Assembly (NCBI RefSeq): GCF_963921235.1
Contig: NC_086109.1
Span: 13,766,001-13,830,000, forward strand
Direction: 5' to 3'
Source: Mobula hypostoma
Taxonomy: Eukaryota
DNA: 64,000 nt
Shown here: positions 23,451-37,730 of the stretch, piece after piece
How the letters are laid out: every line of letters starts with the position of its first letter
Numbering within the stretch: the stretch's first letter is position 1
Notes under the pieces: generated by a model
The model's database searches: none
What the model was told of the DNA's origin: nothing
What the model saw: only the letters and a program-made list of their open reading frames with translations
Translations under genes and position numbers: made by a program

Positions 23451-24869
23451 TTTAATGTACCTCAGTGTGTCAAAGCCTGATAGCTATACGCGGTCCAGAG
23501 ACTGTAAAAGACAATATAGATATACTAAAGATTTGTTTCTTCTTGTTCGGCATTGTCAATCTTACCTCCAATTTTACATCTCTCGCTTAGAGAAGAGCTC
23601 TCCAATTTTTTGTCCCAGAAATAATCTAATAAGCTTATATCCCCAAATCATTGAGAGACTGTGAGGTTATGTACTAAATTAATATGGATGGAGAAACCTT
23701 CAAGTTCACCGTAGAGATTGATATTGGCACCCTTGCTTTTTATGACGTGCCTGAATGATTTGGATATCAATGTAGGAGGTAGGATTTAGATATGCACTTG
23801 AATTGTTTAGAACACAATGACCTAAAATTACTGTGGCAAGACTAAGTGGATATTCTGTGGAGACACAACTCACCAACGATGCTGGAATATAGAACAACAA
23901 GGAACTGTGTAGTCAGCATGGACATTGAGAACCACATGGCCTGCCTCGGTGCTCTGTGATGAAGCTGGTGGACAATCTCCTTTTAGTCACAAGAGATCCT
24001 CCAGATGCTGGAAATCTTGAGCAACATGCTCAAAATTCAGCAAGTTGGGCAGTATCTATGGAGGGGAAGATCAATTGTCTTTTCCCCTCCACAAATGTCA
24101 CCTAACGTGTTGAGTTCCTCCATCACTTCATGGGCAGCAATCTCCTTTTAACTGCTCAGCCACTTTTGTCTTTAGAAGAAACTAATATCACAGCTTTGAC
24201 TGATAGATTAACAAAGGAAGCTTGGTGTGGGTAGGAGGTGGGGAAGTGGTCACTATTTAAACCCCCGGTGGTTCAGATTCATTTTGGGTCATTCTGACCC
24301 ATTGTTATGAGATCTTGAACACCAGGCCGGAACAGCAACATTAATAATGGTTGCCATTCTGATGAAAGGCCACAGCTTGCTCAGGTTGGCATGCTATTGT
24401 CTCAATATGTTAACTACATGAATCAGCTTCATCTCCATCCAAAGCACACAGAGATAACATCTCACCGGTAATTGAGTTTGTCAGTCCATTGAAAGGCTTT
24501 TGAGTTAAGAACAGGCAGTAAAACAAAGGCTTCATGAGTAAGTTCACATGCACTCAAAAATGTACTTGACACTAAAGTCCAACATAAATCCTGCATCTTA
24601 ATTGAAATTCCAAACCAATATTTTTTCCCTTCCCCCCGAACAATTAAGTGTGATGGTCACAAACTGGTTCCATTTCAGTTGATTATAAAGCATGCCAGGG
24701 ACTTGTGAGCTAGAGGCACTTTGGAGAACTTGTTTAAAGAGAAATGTGAGATATGTGCTTTGGAGAGGAAGGGTTCCCACAGAATGTAGGTCAGTTAGTT
24801 CAATCCTCTCCCTAAACATGTCCAAGATGTTTCATAAAACTGATCTGGATGTCCAATGCACTTTGCACC

Positions 24870-25070
24870 CAAAGACATGCTGTTTGCAGCATTGTGGTAT
24901 TATAGGAACAGAGGAACAAAAGTGGATGACCTTTACACAGAAATCTCCCACAGACATGACAAAATAGTCTGTTTCTTTTTGCAATTTTGATGCATTGAAC
25001 AGTCAATCAGGGCAATCTGTCTAGGGATTCCCTGGAAAAGAGCAATGGGATCTTTTAAATCCACCTATCA
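24870..25070 (-). mobile_element. Ancient Deu-domain (SacSINE1-like) SINE fossil
   Basis: atgggatcttttaaatccacct resembles the reverse complement of the Deu core aggtggatgtaaaagatcccat. Confidence 0.45.
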
Positions 25071-25239
25071 AAATATAATGAGAATCATCTAGAGCCTGGA
25101 GTGTCCAGGTCAAGGGTCATGGGTCATGTTATTTCTCATATCTCATCAAGTAGTGAAGAAACTCATGAAGCCAAAGGGAAAATGAGCAGGCTCCAGTAAA
25201 ACCAAAGGCTTTACTGAACTCCATGTAGATGATATCAGC

Positions 25240-25870
25240 TACACTACTCTCATCATTAGAGTTTGTTACTCTCTGATAAATTCAGTCAAATTGGTCCAAC
25301 GTGATCTCCCCATAACAAAGCCAGATTTTAAACAATCATTGCCTTTGCAAGTTCAATTATTCCATGGTATCCCTCAGAATCTTTTCCAATATCTTCCCTA
25401 CTACTGAAGTTAGACACAGGCCTCTAGCTTCCTGGATTGAATAAAGATATTACATTTACTATCCCTCTGTGACCAATGATGATTAAAAACTAACTGAAAG
25501 AGCCCCAGCTGGACCCTTCCTTGCCTCCCATAGTACCCTGGGACACATCTCATCAAGTTTGGAGGGTGGTTTATTCACCTTTAACCCTATCAAAACATTT
25601 TAAAAATGACATGTTCTAGTACCTCACTGTCCACTTCCCTGAATTCTCCAATAACAATGTCCTTCTCTTTAGTAAATACAGATGAGAAGTACTCATGTAA
25701 GACTTCACCGAATTCTTCTAGATCGACACATAAATTGTCACTTAGATCCATGATGGGCCTCATTCTTTCCCTGGTTACCCTCTTACCCTTAATACTTATA
25801 AAAAGCTTTAGGATTTTCTTTGATATTCTCTGCCAGTAATATTTTATGGGCCTTCTCTGTTCCAGTAATT
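25240..25870 (-). mobile_element. Old CR1 ORF2 fragment
   Basis: Reverse strand resembles the FSSVFTKED / NYRPVSLTS region; heavily decayed. Confidence 0.55.
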
Positions 25871-26194
25871 CATTTTATCAAGTGTCTTCCCCTCTCCCCA
25901 TATTCCTTTCTCCATCCAGTCTCAAGATCTCTCAACATCCAAAGTTCCATGACTATCTGTCATTCTATCTTTTGAGGAACACACTGATCTTGAACTCTCA
26001 CTGGAGGGCACAGCCTCAGAACAGAGGGACATCCATTTAGACCAGAGATGAAGAAGGATTTCTTCAGGCAGAGGGCAGTGAATCTGTGGAATTCATTGCC
26101 ACAGACAGCTGTGGAGGTCAGGATGCACTGAAAGTCACCCATTTAAACCAGTCCTAAACTCATTCTATTTTATTCTGCTAATATTGCGGAAGAG

Positions 26195-26750
26195 AATCAG
26201 AATTAGAATCAGATTTATCATCATTGACCTATATTTATGCTGTGATTGTTTTTGTTTTGAGGCAGCAGTACAATGCAAGATATAAAAATTACTTTAACTT
26301 ACAAAATAAAACAGTGAAAAAGATGATGAATAAGGTCATGTTCATGGGTCATGGCAGAAAGGAAGAAGCTGTTTCTAAAACTCTGAGTGTGGGTCCCCAG
26401 GCTCCTGCACCTTCTCTGATGATAGTAATGCAAAAATGGCATACCACAAATGGTGAGAGTCCTTAATGATTGATGCCACCTTCTTGAAGATGTCCTCAGC
26501 GGTGGGGAGGGTTATGCTCGTGATGGAGCTAGTTGAGTCTAGAACCCTCTGCAGCCTCTTATGATCCTGTTCATTGGAGCTTCGATGCCATGCAGTGATG
26601 CAACCAATCGGAATGCTCTCCACAGCATATCCGTAGAAATTTGAATGAATCTTTGGCGACATAACAAACCTCCTCAAACTTCTGATGAAGTTGCTGGTGC
26701 TCCATCTTCATCTTTGCACCAATGTGTCGGGCCCAAGATAGATATCTGAT
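26195..26750 (-). mobile_element. Rex1-type LINE 3' fragment
   Basis: ORF 26375-26677 contains ESIPIGCITAW...KVASIIKDSHH. Confidence 0.75.
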
Positions 26751-26900
26751 CTATCTCCACTTCCCTTCACACTGTGGGCAACTTACAGTAGCTAATTAAC
26801 TCATCATCATCATCATGTGCCATGCCATATGATGTGGGTGATCATGGTCCATGAGTAAGTTCCTTCGTTTGCCATTGACTTCTTCTGGGCAGAGACTTTA

Positions 26901-27523
26901 CATGGGGTGATTGATAAGTTTGTGGCCTAAGGTAGAAGGAGCCAATTTTAGAAAACCTAGCACATTTATTTTTCAACATAGTCCCCTCCTACATTTACAC
27001 ACTTAGTCCAGCGGTCGTGGAGCACACGGATCCCTTCTTTGTAGGAGTGGTCCACAGCAGGTGTGATTGATAAGTTCGTGGCCCAGAGTAGAAGGAGATG
27101 AGTTATTAACTTCAAACTTTCTGCATTATCACTCAAAGAGTTGAACTGCATGTGCATCTAACGAGAGGGTCTTGGACCTCTAGGTGGTTCATAGCAGGGG
27201 TGATTGATAAGTTTGTGGCCTAAGGTAGAAGGAGATGAGTTATACCACTCTCATTATATTCACGTGCAGTTCAAGTCTTTGAGTGAAAATGCAGAAACTT
27301 TGAAGTTAATAATTCATCTCCTTCTACCTTAGGCCACGAACTTATCAATCACCCCTGCTGTGGACCACTTCTGGATGTCCAAGACTCTGACTTCTACAAA
27401 GAAGGGATCCGTATGCTCCACTACCACTAGACTAAGTGTGTAAATGTAGGAAAAATAAATGTGCTAGGTTTTCTAAAATTGACTCCTTCTACCTTAAGCC
27501 ACAAGCTTATCAATCACCCCTCG
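26901..27523. mobile_element. Fold-back mariner-derived MITE
   Basis: TA TSD at 26899-26900 and 27524-27525; TIR c(g)aggggtgattgataagtttgtggcctaaggtagaagga; mariner C-terminal peptide YKEGIRVLHDRWTKCVNVGGDYVEK on the minus strand. Confidence 0.85.
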
Positions 27524-29204
27524 TACAAGATGGGTGACCCCAGCTATTATCAGGTTGTCTGACTGGTGTCAGTGGTCACATAACCAGGACTTGTGATCTG
27601 CACCAGCTGCTCATACGACCATCCACCACCTGCTCCCATGGCTTCTTGTGACCTTGATCGTGGGGGTGGGGGGGTGCTAAGCAGGGGCTACATCTTGCCC
27701 AAGAGTGACCTGCAGGCTAGCAGAGGGAAGGAGCACCTTACTCCTCCTTTGGTAGAGACATATCGCCACCCTGTTACTGAGACAATTAACTACCAGCCCT
27801 CAAATCTTTGGGACGTGGGAGGAAACCAGAGTACCCTGAAGAAATCCACAGCGTTACAGGGAGAACATATAAACTCCAAGCAGCCAGCACTGCAGGTAAG
27901 GATTGAACCCAGGTCACTAGAGCTGTGAGAGAGCACATCTACCAGCTACGTCACTGTGCTATCCCTCCAGAGAATTGGGTTTATATGTCCCATGAATATC
28001 GAAACATTGAAACATACAGTGAAGTGTGTCTTTTGCATCAACAGTGTGAATATGTGAAGCAAACCATCTATAGGAAACCTACGTGGTCACGTGGAGAACG
28101 TACTAACTCCTTACAGACAGAGGCGGGAATTGAACCCGGATTGTGGGCACTGAGGAGCACAAAGCTAACTGCTACACTACTGTGCTGCCACAGAAAGTTT
28201 GAAGGTGACATCTCCCTAAGAGCCTGCCAGCTCTGGCCAGAGACAGACCTTCATTTAGAAGCCATTCAGAAGGGTTAATGATGACTGCTGTCTTGTTTCA
28301 TGGGAACTGGCTGGATTCAGCAACTATGTACAGTAAAGACTCAGCGATATCTGTGTTGTTTGTCCAATTCAAAAGGACATTTAAGGAGCTAGATTTATTT
28401 TTCCATTGAACCCGTGTTTATTTAAAGTGACAGGATCCCTATTGTTGCGTTAGACAGGCTTTATTTCAACAAAAAAGAACATTTAATCAAATAGACAGAA
28501 CCAACAATGAGGAGGTTGATCTACCACTTTATCCCCAGGCTAGTTCCCTGACGTTGCTCGACTGGGGTTGACGTAGGGTCCACAGGAAAAGGGAGCAACG
28601 CATCGGGAGGCTGTGACTCAATTTCACTTGTTTAATTTCTCTCTTTTTAGACCATAAGTGGTAGGAGCAGAATTAGGCCACTTGCACCATCGAATTTCTT
28701 CTGCCATTCCGTCATGACTGATTTATTATCCCTCTCAACCCAGTTTTCCTGCCTTCTCCATGTATTCTTTGAAGCCCTTACTAATCAAAACATATTAACC
28801 TCCACGTTACATGTAACTAATGACTTGTCCTCTACAGCCATCTGAGGCAATGAATGCCCCAGATTCAACACCCTATTAGTGTTTACTGCCATCACGATAA
28901 AGAGATTTGGACCGCCATTCCAAACATTTTCCCAAGTGGATATTGAGATGGATGGCGGCATTGCTTCACGAGGAAGTCTGAGGACCCAGGTTTGAGATCC
29001 TAGTACCTGCCTGTGCCTCTTATCAAGGCTATTCTCTCTGGTTTCTGGTCCCCACCTAGCTCAGCTCTTGAAAAGCACTCTGTGGTGTGAGACGAAACCA
29101 AGAGGTCCTTCCAGTCTACCTGAGTTCTTCCCGAAAGCCAGACCCATAGAAATCATAGATTCAGAACCCAATTTAAAATAGACCTTATAATGTCCCAATT
29201 AGCT

Positions 29205-29917
29205 CTTCCAGGTGAGACAACGTTTCACCTGCAAATCTTTTGGGGTCATCTATTGTGACCAGTGCTCCCGATGCAACCTCCTCTACATTGGTGAAACCCG
29301 TCGTAAATAGGGGACCACCTTGTTGAGCATCTCCGCTCCTTCCGCCACAAGCGGAACTTCCCAGTGTCCAAATATTTTAGTTCCCATTCCCATTCCAGTT
29401 CTGACATGTCCGTCCATGGCCTCCTCTTGTGCCAAGATGAGGCCACCCTCAGGGTGGAGGAGCAACACCTGATATTCCATCTGGGTAGCCTCCAACCTGA
29501 TGGCAGGAATATTAATTTCTCCTTCGGGCAAAAAAAAATCCCACTCCCCTCTCCTCTTCCTCTATTCCCCACTCTGAGCTTTCACCTCTTCGCACTAACT
29601 ATCACTTACCCCGGGTCCTCTTCTCCTTCCCTTTCTCCAATGGTCCCCTTTCTACTCTTATCAGATTCCTTTTTCTCCAGCCCTTGATCTTTCCCGCCCA
29701 CCTAGCTTCACTTATCGCCTTCCAGCTATCCTCCTTCCCCTCCCTCCACCTTTTTATTCTGGTGTCTTTCTCCTTCCTTCTGAGTCCTGAAGAGGGGTCT
29801 CAGCCCAAAGCGCCAACTGTTTAATCATTTCCATAGATACTGCCTGACCTGCTGAGTTCCCCAAGCATTTTGTGTGTGTTGCTTTGGATTTCCAGCTTCT
29901 GCAGAATCTCTCGTGTT
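29205..29917 (+). mobile_element. Penelope-like element 3' end: GIY-YIG endonuclease remnant plus pLTR
   Basis: FTCKSFGVIYCDQCSRCNLLYIGETRRK...HSSSDMSVHGL...EEQHLIFHLGSLQPDG; decayed hammerhead at about 29783-29820. Confidence 0.85.
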
Positions 29918-32900
29918 CGTGTATATTAATCGTTATCCTTACTGGAACCCTCTGTCATTGTTGAACAACAGTCTCTGTGAACACATCCTCTGATTCCACA
30001 ATAACAGTCTCTGGTTATACAGTATAAGAATCAGAAGGCAAAGGATCAACCATTTCTGTCCATCGTACTTGCTCTTTCAAAGTTCAAAGTTCAAAGTTAC
30101 TTATTATCAAAGTACGTAAATGTCATCTGAGGTTAATTTTCTGGCAGGCATTCACAGTAGAACAAAGAAATACAACAAAATTAATAAAAAACTACACACA
30201 AAGGCTGATAAACAACTAATGTGCCAAAGAAGACAAACTGTGCAAATACAAAAAAAAGCGAATAATAATCACTTGTTTATAATTCTTCTGCTTGGAACCC
30301 CTGCCCAGTTTATGCTGCTTCTCCACTCTAACTCTGGCGGATGAGAGACTGATCTCCTGGGAACATTCATGAATGCTTGGCTTCTCCATTTCCTTACAAA
30401 CTTTTCTGGTCACTACCAGAGTTTACGATGGGAGATTGCTGCAATTCTTGCTGAGTTCCACAGCGCTGAATATTTACTTGGTAACTGTATCTCTGTGGGA
30501 ATGGGATCTGGATCTTTTTTTAAAATCATTTTATGGTCTTTTGGAGTGAGGTCAAACTTTATTACCTAACCCGCACTGTCAAAAGAAGCCTTGGTGAGCT
30601 GATAGAGTGTGGACGATGCAATTGTAAAAGTGGTGGAAACATCTCAACTCCTGTATTCAATATCATATAACCATATACAAATTACAGCACGGAAACAGGC
30701 CATCTCGGCCCTTCTAGTCCATGCCGAACGCTTATCCTGATTTATAATGTGGCAAAAGCTCTCTTTAAGACCTTTAATAGAAGAATACCCACCCTAATGC
30801 CAGTGCATCTCCTTACCAAGTCTTCCCCTAGCATTTTGCACTATATCAGGGCAATATAATCACTGAAATGTGTTACTCCAGCATGAATGGAACCTTTGTG
30901 TGAATACCCAAAGAAAATGAATCTCCAGGGTTGTATATGGTGACATATACTGTATGTTGATAATAAATTTACTTTGAAATTTGTGGTACTGGGGATTAGT
31001 GGATACTTTGGATTAGTGGGTGTTCAAAGGTTAAAAGTACATTTATTATCAAAGTATGTATGCAATATACCACCCTGAGATTCATCTTCTCCACAGACAG
31101 CCACGAAACAAAGAAAACCATGGAACACGTCCAAAGAAAAACATCAACCTCTCCCCACTCCAGGTGCAAAAAAAGTGTAACGGCAACAAAGCAAAAGAGC
31201 ATAAAAAAACACAATACAAACCACAAAATCGAAAGAGTCCAGGCATATTTAGGGTGTTGCTCCCATTATTGCCTGACACGCATCTGATTCATTTTTTTCA
31301 AAGTGCTAAACAGTCGTATAATAAAATCAGCAGGAAAGCCAAAGGATGAAAAGCAAAACCTGATAAGTTCAAAGAATGAGTGGGAATTGACCCAGGTGAA
31401 TTTAAACAGTAAGCGGCGGCAGGACCTGAGAACAAACTACCGGCGATTTCCAAACAATGGGATAGCAGTTTAGCAGTTTTACGGTACATAAATATTGTGG
31501 GCCAAAGGGCCTGTAATGTGCTGTAGATTTCTATGTTCTATGTTCTACGTAAACACTGAAAATTCTGCAAACACAAAGCAGGCCAGGCAGCATCAGTACA
31601 ATATTGAACAATTAATACTGCTGGTAAAAAAAATGTTCCAGCATTTTAGAACGGCATCTGAAGTATTAACACTGTTTCTCTCTCCACAGGTGCTGCCTGA
31701 CTTCCTATGCAGATTTATTTATCAAAACATACAGTGAAATGTGCTGTTCGCATTAACAACCAACGCACCTAGGGATGTGCTGGGGGCAGCTTGCAGGAGT
31801 TGCCACATATTCTGGTGTGAGTGTAGCTTGCCATCAATGCTTGGCAGGACAAAACAGAACGCAACTCAATGGAGCACAACAAGGAACAAAACAACAACAG
31901 TAAAACAAGCTTCTATCCTCCCTCCCAACCAGCCACACACACAGTCAGTCCTCCAACTCCAGGACGAGGTTCCAGTCTCCAGTCTCCGAACATCGGCCAC
32001 TGGGCTTTGCCTTCCAGATTTCTGATTAACCTTCAGGCTTCAGATTTCGGTATTGACTCCCGGACTAGCTGATGACAGGACCCCAAATTCCAGGCAGTCT
32101 CAGGGAGAACGTACGCACTTCTCAAAGACGGCAGTAGGAATTGAAATCCCAGCTCACGGCGAGCACTGAGAAGCATTGCACTAGCTGCTACCGTGCCATG
32201 AAGTGAAAAGTGAAGTATATTCCCTGTACGCTCAGAAACAGGTTGTTGCCCAGAGCTCACCCTCCACCACATCTCTGCAGTGACCTGTAAGATTCATGCA
32301 CCAGTCCCACTGCCTAATACCTTCTTTATAATCTTTAAATGTGTCACCCACAGCCTAATCATTGGGCATATCTACATAAAACACTGTCACACGGAAACTG
32401 CATCCGTCATCGGAGATCCTCACCACCCAGGTCATGCTCATTTCTCGCTACTGCCATCAGGTAGGAGGTAAAAGAGCCTCAGGACTTGCACTTCGAAGTT
32501 CAGAAACAGTTTCTACCCCTCAACCATCAGGCTCTTGAATAAAAGGGGACAACTACACTCATTTACTCCATCATTGAAATACTCCTACAACCAATGATCT
32601 CACTTTAAGGACTCTTTATCTCACGTTCTTGTTATTTATTTTCATTTGCACGGTTTGTTATCTTCTGGCTGATCTTTCATTGATCCTGTTATAGTTACTA
32701 TTCTATAGATTTGCTGATGCCCACAGGAAAATGAGTCTCAGAGTTGTATGTGGTGACATATATGTACTTTGATAATAAAATTTACTTTGAACTTTGAACA
32801 TTAATCTTTGCATACCATGCACTTTTTTTTAGCAGTTAGAAACTATCAATTCTGGGAGGTGGAATGCATCACTGTGGTATTGGCTGAGGTTAGTAGTTCT

Positions 32901-34764
32901 GAGCAATGGTTCAGCTGATACAACATACCGGATGGGTAATTCATCTGGAGTTGAGACATGACTTCCAAGTAAATGCTAATTGGTAATTGGTTTATTATAG
33001 TCATATGCACCAAAGTCCAGTAAGAAACTTTAATTTGCATGCCTTCCATATAGATCATTTCACCATGTCAGTACATCGAGGTAGTACCAGGGAAAAGCAA
33101 TTACCAGATGCAGAATGAAGCATCAACAGGTATAGAAAGGTGGAGTGCAGAGGTGCAAGGCCATAATGGGATATATTGTGAGATTAATTTATACAGGAGA
33201 TATTTTTAGTAGTCTTATAACAGCAGTTAGAAGTTATCCTTAAGCCTGGTGGTATGTACTTTCAGGCTTTTGTATCTTCTACTTAATGAGAAAAGAAAAA
33301 AGTAAGGATGGAAATGTAGAGATATTTTCTATCACTGCAGCCATATTTTGTTAGGCATCCTTTCTTTACATATTTATATAATCTAATTCCATGTGAACTC
33401 ATTGCAGGTAACAGATTTCCTCATTAGAACTCGATTACACCTGAAATTTAGGACACTCAGTCTGTGTACCAAATCTCCTCCATTTGGGGGGATCCATTGG
33501 TCTTAGATTTTGCAGATTCCATTGTAGTAAACTTCGAGTGAAGTACTGACCCATCTTGGTCCATGGTTCTGAAGATGGATTGAAGCAGCCCATTTGGTTC
33601 CTCTGGATGTGTTAGTTGATAGTGCTCCCCATCTTCACTCCACCATTTCTCCCATTTTCACTTATTTTACATCAAGTTAGCTTTTGTAAGGTACGCCTCT
33701 CAACCACTTCCCGTAATAACATAGTCCAACATTTAACCAGGATTTGAGGGGAGAGATTTCTCCTCATTTCATTTTTTCCACTTGTGTTCCTGGCCTTGCA
33801 TTGTTTAATCCTCCCATAACTGGAAACAACCTCGCTCTATCCTAATCAACCCATTCAAACCTCAAAGTTCAAAGTAAATTTATTTTCGAAGTATGTATAC
33901 CACACACCGCCTTGAGATTCGTTTTCTTGCAGGTACCCACAGGAAAGAAAAAGAAATTTAATAGAATCCATGAAAAGAAATCACACATGACAAAGTCCAA
34001 CCAACAGCAAACGATAAAAATAGTAAACAAATAATGCTGGGAACACGAACTGAAGAGTCCCCAAAAGTGGCTCTACAGGCTATGAAATCAATTCAGTGCT
34101 GAGGCAGGTGGAGCCATCCACGCTGGTCCAGAAGCCCAGTGGTTGTCAGGCAACAACTGTTCCAGAACATGGTGGCATGGGACCCAAGACTCCTGCCTCT
34201 CACACCCTATGGAAGCAGCAAAAAGGTCAAATGGGTAAATTTAAAGACCTCTTTTGGATCATCTTGAAATCAAGAAAGAACTTCTCTGTTCATGATGGTG
34301 TGTGTGCGTCCATTGCAAGCGATGAGGACCACTGGCATCCATGGGTGGGTGTGTTTGTTATCTGTATGCCCAGATGTTATGACTTGCACATGAGTTTGAT
34401 TAAAGTGAGGGAGAGTTGCGCAGGTCATCAGTCTCATTTTCCGACCTACCTCGGAAGATATGACAGGTCTTCACACCTCGTACCCCATACACCTCGTGTG
34501 CTCCATAAAGGTATGTGTATATGGATCTTTAATACCCATGATACTCTTAGATGATTGCTCTGATTAACGTTATTTTTATGTGAAAAGGAATACTTCCAAA
34601 AATGAAATGTCACCAATAAAAGCATAGCTATTTGAGCAACTGCCTTACAGCTCTAGAAACTCGAGTTTAATCCTGACCCTGTAATTTTTTATTATTCAGA
34701 ATCAGAATCCTTTATTATCGCCAAGTATGCGAACACATACAGGGAATTTGATGCCGGTTTCCCT

Positions 34765-35140
34765 GATATTATTTATCCATTTATGGGATGTGGGCGTCTC
34801 CAGCTAAGCCAGCATTTAGTGCCCATCCCTAGTTGCCCTAGAGAAGATGGTGATGAGCTGCCTTCTTGAACCACTGCAGGCCCTGATGTGTAGGTGCGCC
34901 CACAGTGCTGTTAAGAAGGGAATTCCATGATTTTGACCCAGCGACAATGAAGGAATGGTGATATGTTTCCAAGTCAGGATGGTGAGTGACTTGGAGGGGG
35001 ATTTCCAAGTGGTGGTGTTCCCAAGTATCTGCTGTTCCCGTCCTTCTAGATGGTAGTGATCGTGGGTCTGAAAGGTGCTGCCTTAGGGACTTAGCTGTGT
35101 CGTTGCAATGCATCTTGTAGATAGTACACACTGCTGCATC
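34765..35140 (-). mobile_element. L2/CR1-group LINE 3' end
   Basis: CTIYKMHC...SFIVAGSKSWNSL...FKKAAHHHLL*, followed by a 3' stem-loop region. Confidence 0.7.
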
Positions 35141-35490
35141 TGTTGAGCCCCTCCATTGGTTGAGGTCAACCATGGATATTGTGTCCCTGCCGCCTCTGTT
35201 GTGTGCAAGCCAGGGCAGTACAATATGGAGAGCAAACCTTTGCCCATGCAGTAGGCTATCTCTCTCCATGCTAATGATGAACCTAAAGGAACAGCAAAGA
35301 CCGATACAGTCTGGCACCAGCAGCATCATGGACTCAACGTAGGACTGCCTTGGGACTCCAACTCCGGATCTTTCCTTGAGAATTTCACCTGAAGCCTTCC
35401 CCATAAATGGGTGTAGCAGCAAGGCAACAGAGGTTTGAGACCAGAGATTTTCTCCTCCAGGATGAACTGCCAACCATGGCTGTTTTAAGC
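35141..35490 (-). mobile_element. Probable bipartite RTE-derived short element
   Basis: Minus strand begins cagccatggttggcagttcatcctggaggagaaaa (RTE 5'-like) and ends tccatggttgacctcaaccaatggag (RTE 3'-like). Confidence 0.4.
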
Positions 35491-35747
35491 CACCGGTAAC
35501 TTACCTTTGTCCCTTCTCCTGTCAGTAAAAATGGTTCTGAGGGCTCATTAGCTAAGTCACACATGAATGACGGGAGCTGGAATTGGCTGACAGAGGCTTT
35601 TTGAGATGCACGCCATTAGAAGAATTTAATAGGTAGTGGGAACTCATTCTCACTACCACCCCTGGCTATAACAACTTTAAAGAAGCCACCAGTGGGGTAG
35701 ATAGAGGCATACCGCAATAAAAAAGGGCCTTCAGCCAAATAACCCCT

Positions 35748-36813
35748 TGTTTTGTGGATTCAGAACTGGCTTGCCCACAGAAGGCAAAGATGGTCTCTAC
35801 ATGGAGATCGGTCACCAGTGGTGTGCCTCAGGGATCTGTTCTGGGACACCCTACTCTTCGTGATTTTTATAAATGATCTGGATGAGGAAGTGGAGAGATG
35901 GGTTAGTAATTTTGCTGTTGACACAAAGGTTGGAGGTGTTGTGGATAGTGTGGAGGGCTGTCAGAGGTTACAGCGGGACACTAATAGGATGCAAAACTGG
36001 GCTGAGAAGTGGCAGATAGAGTTCAACCCAGATAAGTGTGAGGTGGTTCATTTTGGTAGGTCAAATATGATGGCAGAATATCGTATTAATGGTAAGACTC
36101 TTGGCAGTGTGGAGGATCAGAGGGATCTTGGGGGTCCGAGTCCATAAGACACACAAAGCTGCTGTGCAGGTTGACTCTGTTGTTAAGAAAGCATACGGTG
36201 CATTGGCCTTCATCAATCGTGGGATTGAGTTTAGGAGCCGAGAGAAAATGTTGCAGCTATATAGGACCCTGGTCAGACCCTACTTGGAGTACTGTGCTCA
36301 GTTCTGGTCGCTTCACTATAGGAAGGATGTGGAAACCATAGAAAGGGTGCAGAGGAGATTTACAAGGATGTTGCCTGGTTTGGGGAGCACGCCTTATGAG
36401 AGTAGGTTGAGTTTTTTCCTTGGAGTGACAGAGGATGAGAGGTGACCTGATAGAAGTGTATAAGATGATGGAGGCATTGATCATGTGGATAGTCAGAGGC
36501 TTTTTCCCAGGGCTGAAATGGCTAGCACGAGAGGGCACAGTTTTAAGGCGCTTGGAAGAAGGTACAGAGGAGATGTCAGGGGTAAGATTTTTACGCAGAG
36601 GGTGGTGAGTGTGTGGAATGGGCTGCCGGCGACAGTGGTGGAGACGGATACAATAGGGTCTTTAAAAGACTCCTGAACAGGTACATGGAGCTCAGAAAAA
36701 TAGAGGGCTATGGGTAACCCTGGGTAATTTCTCAGGTAAGGACATGTTCGGTACAGCTTTGTGGGCCGAAGAGCCTATATTGTTCTGTAGGTTTTCTGTG
36801 TTTCTATGTTTCT
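35748..36813 (+). mobile_element. CR1 LINE 3' part
   Basis: FINDLD, FAVDTKVGG, LVRPYLEYC, FTQRVV; (TTTCTATG) tail. Confidence 0.92.
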
Positions 36814-37257
36814 AAGTCCACGCTAACCATCGAGCAAATATTGATTTATTGGCAGACAGCGGGGGAGCTGCATGGCTTTGGTCATAGTGGTGTGGTGTCA
36901 CCTGTTTACAGCCACCCACAAGAGAGACGTGGGAGTTGGTGCATTCTACCAGAGGCAGTGTGGTGAGGCATCCAAGCTGGAGTTAGTACTGCCCCCCATG
37001 TTCGCTCAGCAGAAGACAAGCTATATTGTGTTCGACTGCAGACTGCTGCAACATTCATGGACACAGGGACTTGGACTACATTTTTTATGTGACTATATTT
37101 TACCGATATCTTATACGTACTTGGGTCTTATATGTGCTATATGTTCCCTGAGCTGTGTGTGACTGCTTTGCACCTTAGCTTCAGAGCAACGCTGTTTGGT
37201 TTGGCTGTATACATGGGTATTCATGTATGGTTGAATAACAATTAAACTTGAACGTAA

Positions 37258-37730
37258 TCCATAAAACCATAAGACACAGGAGCAGAATTAGTTTATTTGG
37301 CCCATCAAGTCTACGTAACCATTTCATCATGGCTGATCCATTTCATCTCAGCCCCCATATCCTACTTTCTCCCCGTAACCCTTCTTGCCCTGACTAATCA
37401 AGAATCTATCAATTTCTACCTTAAGCATACTCAATGACTTGGCCTCTACAGCTACCCGTGGCAAGGAATTCCACAGATTCACCACAGTGTGGCTGAAGAA
37501 ATTCCTCCTCATCTCTGTTCTAAATGGACATTCCTGACTCTACCATAGGAAACATTCTCTCAAAATCCACTCTGTTGCGGTCTTTCAACATTTGATAGGT
37601 TTCAATGAGATTACGCCTCATTCTTCTGAATTACCGTTTGTACAGATCCAGAGGCGTCAACCGGTCCTCATATGGCTACCCTTTCATTCTCGGAATCATT
37701 CTCGTGGACCTCTACTGAGCCCTCTCCAAG
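37258..37730 (-). mobile_element. CR1 3' fragment
   Basis: ccataagacacaggagcagaatta tail; gaattccacagattcaccac motif. Confidence 0.7.

Noticed and set aside
26901..27523. Repeated 38-bp units with spacers, superficially CRISPR-like
   Set aside because: Units occur in both orientations with irregular, mutually homologous spacers; they are mariner TIRs in eukaryotic DNA.
33458..33657. About 65-codon stop-free minus-strand frame
   Set aside because: No flanking splice signals or recognisable homology.
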